Shown here: positions 1 to 7,141 of the stretch, piece by piece
How the letters are laid out: each line of letters starts with the position of its first letter
Numbering within the stretch: the stretch's first letter is position 1
Assembly: GCA_041615815.1 (NCBI GenBank)
Contig: JBFJCP010000052.1
Location: 1-16,379 of the forward strand
Reading direction: 5' to 3'
DNA: 16,379 nucleotides
Source of the DNA: Gemmatimonadales bacterium
GTDB taxonomy: Bacteria; Gemmatimonadota; Gemmatimonadetes; Gemmatimonadales; GWC2-71-9
Notes under the pieces: model-generated
Told to the model about the DNA's origin: nothing
The model's database searches: none
Seen by the model: the letters and a program-made list of their open reading frames with translations, nothing else
Position numbers and translations under genes: made by a program

Positions 1-1035
1 GCTGAACTCGCCGATGGCGCGGACCAGTCCCCATCCCGCCGCGGGCTCCGAGCCCCTCCCCGGCTCCGCCGCGTAGGCGAATACCAGCACTCGCGGCCGG
101 CGGCCGGAGGGCGTAGGAAACGGTCTGCGAGCGGCGACGCGCTCGGACTGCAGGCTCTGCTGCAACAAGCGGGCAACCTGCCGTTCGCTTCTCAGACCCA
201 CGTCGGGACGATCCCGCACGCGCTCCTCCCAAAAACGCACCGCCTCGGGAAATGGCCAGCGGCGGCCCGTCTGCTTTGCAAGCGCTGCTACCGTGGCCCG
301 GTACAATATCTCGTCGGCTCCGGGTGGACCCCACCCCGCGTCCTCCCAGTCGAACAAGGCCAGCTTACCACCCGGTAGCTGCCGGAGATTCCACGGCGTG
401 AAGTCGCCGTGCATGGGCCGCCAGTGGGAAGGTGTATCCGGTGCGCGCGGGAGATCGGCCAGGGCATGGTCGATCTCCGTCAAGATCAGGGAGAGTGGAG
501 GGAAGCGCGGCGCGCGATGCGGCGCGGCCGGCAGCGGAGTCACGATCAGGTAGTTCCATCCGTCTTGCTCGCCCACTGCGATGGGCCGTGGCGCCTCGAA
601 GGACGTGGGCGAGAAGCGATTCACCGCGGTCAAACCGCGGAACTCGTTGTCGAACGCCTCGCCACTTCCCTGCCGCAGCTTGATCAGTGCTACCGGCTCC
701 CCGCTCCTGAGGGCCAGCAGACTGAGCCCCGCCCGGCCCGCGGGCCGGCGCAGGTAGGCCGCGAAGCCGTCGAACTCACCAATCCGCTCCCGCCACTGGC
801 GCTCGAGCTCTGCCCACGTCTCCACCGGCATCGGCGGCTGCCACGACCTCGCCAGCCCCCTGAGGGGCACCGATCCCAGCCACTTCACGATCCACCACGC
901 CACCCGATGCGCCCACACGGCCCGGGCGCGGCACGGCGTGTACATCGCCAACCCCGCCAGCGCGGCCGCGCGGGACGACGTGGGGATCTTGAGATGACCC
1001 CAGACGGGAGGGAAATCGATGAATTTCGGTGTCAC
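1..1035 (-). CDS. Partial (runs off left edge): aminoglycoside-phosphotransferase-like kinase domain in frame with a GT4 glycosyltransferase N-terminus
   Basis: Manual translation: no stop from 1086 to base 1; probable GTG start at 1035 (VTPKFIDFPPVWGHLKIP; alternative GTG at 1077). Kinase motifs ALIKLR, HGDFTPWN, LFDWE; last codons RPRVLVFAYAAEPGRGSEPAAGWGLVRAIGEFS resemble GT4 N-termini of the AYACEPxxGSEPxxGW type. Absent from ORF track because no stop lies in the window. Confidence 0.85.
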   Translation of the reverse strand, partial: MTPKFIDFPPVWGHLKIPTSSRAAALAGLAMYTPCRARAVWAHRVAWWIVKWLGSVPLRGLARSWQPPMPVETWAELERQWRERIGEFDGFAAYLRRPAGRAGLSLLALRSGEPVALIKLRQGSGEAFDNEFRGLTAVNRFSPTSFEAPRPIAVGEQDGWNYLIVTPLPAAPHRAPRFPPLSLILTEIDHALADLPRAPDTPSHWRPMHGDFTPWNLRQLPGGKLALFDWEDAGWGPPGADEILYRATVAALAKQTGRRWPFPEAVRFWEERVRDRPDVGLRSERQVARLLQQSLQSERVAARRPFPTPSGRRPRVLVFAYAAEPGRGSEPAAGWGLVRAIGEFS

Positions 1036-1212
1036 GGAGTGGTCACGCCGAAGGCCGCGCGAAAGAAAAAAGGCCACAGCATCGCGCTAACCTAACACGG
1101 CGTAACGCCGCCGTTAAGATCGCCTCCGAGCACACGTTGCGATGGCGCGCGACCAGTCTCCGGCCGATCGCCGGCCACGGACGCAGGCGACTACGCTCCA
1201 CGGCAACGTGAA

Positions 1213-2217
1213 TCAGTACTCATATCCAAACAGCCCGAAGGGCACGTTGATACGGAATGGGCCCGTACGGAGATCGATCTCCGCATCTGCGCCGTTCCTG
1301 GCGACGACCGTGACACCTAAGGACAGCACGAACACCAACATACCGCCGGCCAACACGACCTGCTGCGGCATTTCGAAATCGAGGGAATCGCTGAAGGGAG
1401 TCAGCTCATCGAAGAACACGTACCCGTACGAGCCCTCACCGCGTGCACTCCTCTCGAGGATGGTCTGATCCGGAAGCTGGGCTACGCCCTCGAGCCCTCC
1501 AGTGGGCGAAAAATTGAACACGTTCATTGCGGCCGCGCATTCGGCGGCGGCTTCACTCTGACCGGAACACCCCGGCGGAGGAATCTCCAGCTGCCATCCA
1601 CCATTGGCCTGGAGCACCATGGAACCGCTGATCGTGGCGTCCACACTGCTCTGCCACGAGAAGAGAAAGTCGATGAACAGCGTCATCGCGCCAAAACCAC
1701 CACCGCCCGTGTTCACGCTCAAATCGACATCCGCAGTATTGGAGAAGAACCCGGCTTGCGTCACCAGCTGCTGTGTTCCCGCCGTGTTCACGTTGCCAAA
1801 GAAGCTCTGAAACAGACCCGACGACGAAATGTCGTCCGCTCTGGCCAATATCAGAACGCCCGTGGGATTGCCGCGAAAATCCTTCAAGGACTTCGCTCGC
1901 CGCTTGAACGCGCTGATGCGTTTCGCCTGCCGCTTGGCACGGGCCTTCGCGCTCGTCACAACCCTGCGGCGTTGTTCACGGGAGAACTTGGCCATCGACG
2001 CCGCATCCCGCTGTTGTAGCTTGTCGATGAGCTCGGTATCGATGTCCAAAGCTCTGGCCGCCTTCTGGAACAGCTTGTCTCGCTGCCGCGACACCACGTT
2101 CGATCGTCGCGCGTTGTACGCGAGGTTACGCAGCTGGTTCTGCGTTGCAGCCTTCCGCGCACTCTGAAGCTCGGCGTGCGCACTCCGGATGATCTTCCGT
2201 TTGAGATCCTTTTGCAT
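1213..2217 (-). CDS. Hypothetical protein, 334 aa; Arg/Lys-rich helical N-terminus, beta-rich C-terminal domain
   Basis: Long ORF, ATG preceded by GGAGG about 7 nt upstream; no family recognised. Confidence 0.75.
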   Translation of the reverse strand: MQKDLKRKIIRSAHAELQSARKAATQNQLRNLAYNARRSNVVSRQRDKLFQKAARALDIDTELIDKLQQRDAASMAKFSREQRRRVVTSAKARAKRQAKRISAFKRRAKSLKDFRGNPTGVLILARADDISSSGLFQSFFGNVNTAGTQQLVTQAGFFSNTADVDLSVNTGGGGFGAMTLFIDFLFSWQSSVDATISGSMVLQANGGWQLEIPPPGCSGQSEAAAECAAAMNVFNFSPTGGLEGVAQLPDQTILERSARGEGSYGYVFFDELTPFSDSLDFEMPQQVVLAGGMLVFVLSLGVTVVARNGADAEIDLRTGPFRINVPFGLFGYEY

Positions 2218-2459
2218 TCTGGTTCCTCCGCGTGACGGGTGAGTCTGCTACGTCGCGTTTTGCGCTTCGGACCCCACCCCGGCAACTCGCTACGCATCCG
2301 GCCCCACTGCCATACTGAGATGTGCATGCGGAGCCACTGACACGCCAGGACGTGACCGGCCCCCACCTTGCGCCTCGGCCGCACCCCCCACATCGTCCGC
2401 GCTCGCCTTCCGCGAAGGGACCCGCAAAGGATCGCTCCCTACCCCTAACCCCGACCCCC

Positions 2460-2825
2460 ATGCCCACACTGATCCCAGCCCCCACAATCATCCACGCCCC
2501 CGGGACACCACCCAAGGAGATCCACGAGTACGTGGGACGGGTGAACTCGAAGCACGAGGCGGTGAGCGTGGCGCACATGCGCGCCCCGGGCGGATGGAAA
2601 GAACCTGGACAACGACCCGACTTTCGCGAGATCACCGTTGTGCTGCTGGGCCTCCTACGGGTCGAGCACGACAACGGGACCATGGACGTGCGCGCCGGAC
2701 AGGCGGTGATCACCGAGCCCAATGAATGGATCCGCTACAGCACGCCGGAGCCGGAAGGGGCCGAGTATGTCGCGATCTGTCTGCCGGCGTTCTCGCTGGA
2801 GGGGGCGAGGCAGGATCCGGAGTAA
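2460..2825 (+). CDS. Cupin-domain protein (EutQ-like small cupin)
   Basis: MPTLIPAPTII...EYVGRVNS...GWKEPGQRPDFREITVVLLG...VRAGQAV...EWIRYSTP...AEYVAICLPAFS; ATG at 2460 preferred over the upstream low-complexity extension. Confidence 0.85.
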   Translation: MPTLIPAPTIIHAPGTPPKEIHEYVGRVNSKHEAVSVAHMRAPGGWKEPGQRPDFREITVVLLGLLRVEHDNGTMDVRAGQAVITEPNEWIRYSTPEPEGAEYVAICLPAFSLEGARQDPE

Positions 2826-2961
2826 GGTCGGGGGGGAATCAGGCGATCGGCGGCCGGCGACAGGGAATGAGGCGACAGGAGCCACAACCCTTCAGTCACC
2901 GGCTACACCACCCAACCTCTTTTTCCAGAGTCACTTAGCCAACCATGCGCCATCAGGTTTC

Positions 2962-2991
2962 TTGCCGCCTCCCCGTACCTACCGGTAGGTT
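2962..2991 (+). promoter_or_regulatory. Candidate sigma70 promoter (TTGCCG-N18-TAGGTT) overlapped by perfect 14-bp palindrome ACCTACCGGTAGGT (2977-2990)
   Basis: Palindrome read directly; about 100 nt upstream of the TonB receptor start. Promoter assignment is inference. Confidence 0.45.
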
Positions 2992-3088
2992 TAGGGTCCC
3001 CCCAATTCGACCCGTCTGCGTGGAGGTTCCAGCCGCAGCCCGACACTTCCGCGGAGACGGAGTCATCCCGCTCTCCAGGAGGTGCCCT

Positions 3089-5857
3089 GTGAGATCAACC
3101 CTCTTTCTTTTCACCGCAGCGTTGGCGAGCGCACTCGTCCTGACCGTGGCCAGCGCGGGCCCAGCCGTGGCCCAGCAAGGAATTATCCGCGGCACCGTGA
3201 CGAGTACGGATGGAACCCCGCTCCGCAGCGCCAGCGTAGCCATCGTGGGGACGGCGCGCGACGTCAGAACCGATGAGCAGGGTCGTTACGAGCTCTCCGT
3301 CCCGCCGGGAACCCATACCGTACGGGCGCGGCTCATCGGCTATGAGGCTGCGGGACGACAGGTCACGATCGCGGCGGGGGCTACGGTCACCGTCGACTTC
3401 CAGCTGGCCACCGGCGCCCTACTGATCGACGCGGTCGTCATCGTCGGCTCCCGCACCACCCGCACCGCCACCGAGACACCGGTCCCGGTGGACGTGATCC
3501 CGGCAGCCCAGATCCGGGAGAGTGGTGCCACCGAAGTGAACCAGATCCTCCACGTTGCAGCCCCGTCGTTCAACGCATCCTACCAGACCATCTCCGACGG
3601 TACGGACCACGTGAATCCCGCCAGCCTGCGGGGGCTCGGCCCGGACCAGGTGCTGGTGCTGGTGAACGGCAAACGCCGCCACAAGAGCGCGCTGCTCCAC
3701 GTAAACGGGACGTTCGGACGCGGCACCGTGGGCGTGGATCTCAACGCCATTCCGCCCGCCGCGATCGAACGGATCGAAGTGCTGCGCGACGGGGCGGCGG
3801 CGCAGTACGGCTCGGATGCCATTGCCGGTGTGATCAACATCGTGCTGAAAGAGCAAACGGGCGAGGTGGAGATCAACTCGCAAGCCGGGGTGACGGGCGA
3901 GGGAGACGGCGAGCAGGTGCGGACCGACGTGAACTTCGGATTCCCCATCGGCGGCGACGGCTTCCTGAACGTCACGGCGGAATACCTGGACATCGGCCGG
4001 ACGGACCGGTCCGATCCGTGGCAGGGAGACATCTTCCCCGGTATTTCGGGCACGACGGAGACGGATGCCGAGTTGGCAGCGCGGGGTCTCACCCGGCAGG
4101 ACTTCAGCATGAAGACCGGCCAGGGATCCACCACCGCCGGCATGGTCTTCTTCAACGGCAGCCTTCCCCTCACGGGAAACTCGGATTTCTACGCGTCCGG
4201 CGGCATCTCGCACCGCAATGGCGAAGCCACCGGCTTCTACCGGCTTCCCGACTCCGAGGCGCGAGTGGTCCCCGAGATCTTCCCCAACGGGTTTCTGCCG
4301 CAGATCCACACCCAGGTCTTCGACGGCTCCTTCACCGCGGGCGCGCGTGGTACCACACGGGGCTGGGACCTGGATCTGAGCGTCACACACGGGCGTAGCT
4401 CGTTCCAATTCAACATCGAGAACAGCAACAACGCCTCGATGGGCACGTCGAGTCCCACCACGTTCGACGCGGGTCGGCTGAACTTCCAGCAGTCCGTAGG
4501 GAATTTCGATGCGGTCAGGTTGATCGACACCAAGGGCGCCCTGCGGTCGCTCTCGTTCGTGGCGGGCGGCGAGTTCCGCGTCGAGAACTACCGCATCGAT
4601 GCCGGCGAGGAGGCTTCCTACATCCTCGGCAACGGCGGCGACATTCCGGGCGTCGACTTCGATACGACGTCGTCCGGCTCTCCCAAGGCGCCGGGATCGC
4701 AGGTGTTCCCCGGCTTCCAGCCGGCCAACGAGGTCAACCGCTACCGCAACAGCATCAGTCTGTACGGCGGGTTCGAGATCCAGGCCACGGACGAGTTTCT
4801 GGTCGACGTCGGCGGCCGGTTCGAGAGCTTCAGCGACTTTGGCGAGCGCCTGACGGGCAAGCTGGCCACCCGTTACGAGGTGACCCCGGGCTTCGCCCTT
4901 CGCGGCGCCGTGAGCACGGGATTCCGCGCTCCGTCACTCCACCAGGCCTGGTTCAACAACGTGAGCATTCAATTCCTGATCGATCCGGCCACCGGGGGCC
5001 TCGAGCCCAGCCGGGTATTGACCAGCAACAATCAGAGCCGGGTGACCAAGGCGTTCGGCGTGCCGGACCTCAAGGAAGAGACCTCCGTGAACGTGAGCGC
5101 AGGATTCACGGCACGGCCCACGAGCAACTTCTCGATCACGGCGGACTTCTACTTCGTGAAGATCGACGATCGCATCGTGCTGACCAGTCGATTCAGCGAT
5201 GGCGATCCCACGGTGGCGCAGATCCTGGCGCCGTTCCAGCGCGACGGGGTGAGTACGGCACAGTTTTTCGCCAACGCCGTGGACACCGAAACCAAGGGGT
5301 TGGACATCGTCGCGAACTACACCACCCCGCTGGGTCTCGGCACGTTGACGCTGACCGGCGCGGCGAACTTCTCGGACACGAAGGTCACGGCCACCAACGT
5401 CCCCTCCACGATGCAGGCGATCTTCGCCGGGAGCGGCTTCGACGTGGAAACCACGCTGTTCAACCGGGAGGAAGAGAACCGGTTGGAGACGGCCCTGCCT
5501 CGCCAGAAGGGCTCGGTGTCCGCACGGTACGCGGTGGATCGCTTCACCATAGGCTGGCGCGCCAATTACTACGGCAAGATCTTCTACCGTCCCACGGACA
5601 TCGACAACGACGAGACATTCAGCGCCAAGACGTTGTTCGATCTCGACGTGTCCTACGAGGTGACGAGCGGCGTCCGGCTCACGGTGGGTGCGAACAACCT
5701 GTTCAATACCTTTCCGGATCCGCACACGAAGGACTCGAACCTCTCCTGCGGAGCGGCCACCTGTGACGGAATGGGACGGTTCCGCTACAGCCGGCGGGTC
5801 ACCCAGTTCGGGATGAACGGCGGCTTCTACTACGGGAGGATTTCGTTGACGTTGTAG
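3089..5857 (+). CDS. TonB-dependent outer-membrane receptor with N-terminal carboxypeptidase-regulatory-like domain
   Basis: GTG at 3089 after AGGAGG (3077-3082); signal peptide ending AVA-QQ; plug motifs LRGLGPDQVLVLVNGKRRH and IERIEVLRDGAAAQYGSDAIAGVINIVLK; C-terminal barrel GANNLFN...GGFYYGRISLTL. Confidence 0.95.
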   Translation: MRSTLFLFTAALASALVLTVASAGPAVAQQGIIRGTVTSTDGTPLRSASVAIVGTARDVRTDEQGRYELSVPPGTHTVRARLIGYEAAGRQVTIAAGATVTVDFQLATGALLIDAVVIVGSRTTRTATETPVPVDVIPAAQIRESGATEVNQILHVAAPSFNASYQTISDGTDHVNPASLRGLGPDQVLVLVNGKRRHKSALLHVNGTFGRGTVGVDLNAIPPAAIERIEVLRDGAAAQYGSDAIAGVINIVLKEQTGEVEINSQAGVTGEGDGEQVRTDVNFGFPIGGDGFLNVTAEYLDIGRTDRSDPWQGDIFPGISGTTETDAELAARGLTRQDFSMKTGQGSTTAGMVFFNGSLPLTGNSDFYASGGISHRNGEATGFYRLPDSEARVVPEIFPNGFLPQIHTQVFDGSFTAGARGTTRGWDLDLSVTHGRSSFQFNIENSNNASMGTSSPTTFDAGRLNFQQSVGNFDAVRLIDTKGALRSLSFVAGGEFRVENYRIDAGEEASYILGNGGDIPGVDFDTTSSGSPKAPGSQVFPGFQPANEVNRYRNSISLYGGFEIQATDEFLVDVGGRFESFSDFGERLTGKLATRYEVTPGFALRGAVSTGFRAPSLHQAWFNNVSIQFLIDPATGGLEPSRVLTSNNQSRVTKAFGVPDLKEETSVNVSAGFTARPTSNFSITADFYFVKIDDRIVLTSRFSDGDPTVAQILAPFQRDGVSTAQFFANAVDTETKGLDIVANYTTPLGLGTLTLTGAANFSDTKVTATNVPSTMQAIFAGSGFDVETTLFNREEENRLETALPRQKGSVSARYAVDRFTIGWRANYYGKIFYRPTDIDNDETFSAKTLFDLDVSYEVTSGVRLTVGANNLFNTFPDPHTKDSNLSCGAATCDGMGRFRYSRRVTQFGMNGGFYYGRISLTL

Positions 5858-5858
5858 G

Positions 5859-5956
5859 ACAGGGAGCCGGGAGCGGGGAGCGGGAGTGAAAGCTGGATCG
5901 CGGCGACAGGTCCGCCTCGAGATCCGGCTCACTGCTCCCCGCTCCCCGCTCCCTGT
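5859..5956. repeat. Inverted pair of tandem heptamer (GGGGAGC-like) arrays between convergent genes; probable long hairpin
   Basis: ACAGGGAGCCGGGAGCGGGGAGC (5859-5881) versus GCTCCCCGCTCCCCGCTCCCTGT (5934-5956): 23-bp inverted repeat with one mismatch. Confidence 0.75.
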
Positions 5957-6765
5957 TTGCCCGCCACCACCAACGACCGGAGCAGCAATCCTTCGTCGAT
6001 CCCTTCCAGCATGCGGCGCTTCTTCTGCTGTTCCTCCTCGAAGGCGTGCGGTCCCTCGGCCACGCGCAACTCGTCTTCCACTTCTCCGCGCGCCCGCAGG
6101 ATGGCCTCGCAGGTGGTCCGGAACAGCGGGGTGACATCCTCCACCAGGATTACGGAGAAGCCGACCGAGCGCGCGAGGTCATCGGGCGACGCCGCGGCAG
6201 CGGTGGCCGAGGGCCCCAGCTCGTTGGCCCTTCGTTGAGCGGTCGCACTCAGGCCCTTTGGCGTATGAATGACATACCCCGCCATCCGGCCGCCCGGCCC
6301 GAGCACGCGATGGCATTCTCTCAGCACGGAGAGCTTGTCCGGAATTCAGCAGAACACGTCCGCGTGCACGAGTGCGTCGAACCGGTTCGACCCCAACGGC
6401 AGCGCGCGGCCATCGGCGACGACGGCGTGCGCCCTGTCCTGAGCTCCGCCGGCTGCGAGCTGGCCTTTGGCTGCCTTGAGTGCATCGAACGGGATATCGC
6501 TGGAGACCAGACGGCATGCGCTCAGCGCGGCGAGATGAGAGCCGGGCCAGCCTCGTCCGGCGCCCACATCCAGCAACGAGCTATCATGAGACAAGCCGAG
6601 ATGCGTGCCGAGCGCTCCGGCCTGCTCCACCGTCGTGTACCCGTTGAGCCCCACCTCGTGGCCGAGCACGGCACGCTCGACGTGTTTGGCGGCGTCCGAC
6701 ACGGGACGACCGTACTCCTCGAGGAAACGCTCCAGGTTGTCCTGCTCGTCGAGATGGCGCGGCAT
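5929..6765 (-). CDS. Class I SAM-dependent methyltransferase, probable selenoprotein (Cys139-Sec140), 278 aa by UGA read-through
   Basis: ATG 6765 with GAGGGGAG RBS; motif I LLDVGAGRG; ADGRALPL...FDALVHADVFC-TGA(6348-6346)-IPDKLSVLRECHRVLGPGGRM in one frame, restoring the usual post-motif-IV to LxPGG segment; SECIS-like hairpin follows the TGA. Confidence 0.85.
6318..6348 (-). promoter_or_regulatory. In-frame UGA plus putative bacterial SECIS element
   Basis: mRNA UGA-AUUCCGGACAAG-CUCUC-CGUGCU-GAGAG: 5-bp stem starting 12 nt after UGA, 6-nt loop starting 17 nt after UGA with G at loop position 2 followed by U. Confidence 0.7.
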
Positions 6766-6812
6766 GGTGAGACTCCCCTCGAGGGCCGTCGCGACGCTGT
6801 CTGGCCCCTTCT

Positions 6813-6843
6813 AAGATGCGCATTCTCCCTTGAGAAGGCGCAA
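6813..6843 (-). promoter_or_regulatory. Candidate MerR-type promoter/operator of the methyltransferase: TTGCGC-N19-CATCTT with an 11-4-11 dyad
   Basis: TGCGCATTCTC-CCTT-GAGAAGGCGCA (6817-6842, one mismatch) spans a 19-bp spacer between -35-like and -10-like hexamers; both hexamers are imperfect. Confidence 0.45.
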
Positions 6844-6873
6844 GGGGTGGTCGGGAGGGATCACGAGACGAAG

Positions 6874-6940
6874 GTCAGGTGTCGGGTCTCGGGAGTCAGG
6901 TGTCAGGGACGGGCGAAGATGACAGGCGACAGGCTACAAG
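6874..6940 (+). repeat. Degenerate tandem heptamer repeats (GTCAGGT-like x5; GACAGGC-like x3)
   Basis: GTCAGGT GTCGGGT CTCGGGA GTCAGGT GTCAGGG, then GACAGGC GACAGGC TACAAG, in a divergent intergenic region. Confidence 0.6.
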
Positions 6941-7141
6941 TAAGGGAACAGGCGAACCTGTGCGCGGACCCCCGGCCACCGATCCGCCGTTCCGCCGACC
7001 TGTCGCACACGAGCCACACTCGCTCTGGCCCGATAGTTGAAGCATTTAGCACGAGATAATCCTTTTACAAATCGACACCATGTGGACCGCTAGCCACAAT
7101 CGGTCGCGCCGCGCCCTCGGGACCGAGGCCCGAATCGCCAC

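Noticed and set aside
409..1095. 228-aa plus-strand ORF
   Set aside because: Antisense shadow of the kinase-GT4 frame; no recognisable motifs.
2826..3088. Cobalamin or TPP riboswitch, or Fur box, upstream of the TonB receptor
   Set aside because: No B12 box, TPP core or GATAATGATAATCATTATC-like sequence seen by eye.
3419..5932. Long minus-strand ORFs (329 and 332 aa)
   Set aside because: High-GC antisense shadows of the TonB receptor.
5929..6765. Methyltransferase as a nonsense pseudogene or as two separate genes
   Set aside because: The only lesion is a TGA next to a Cys at an active-site-facing position with a SECIS-like hairpin behind it, and the second half has no clear RBS. Disfavoured rather than excluded, because no sel genes are in the window.
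6874..6940. CRISPR array
   Set aside because: Repeat units are 7 nt with no unique spacers, and no cas genes are present.
6046..7059. 337-aa plus-strand ORF
   Set aside because: Antisense to the methyltransferase and runs through heptamer repeats; no recognisable domain.
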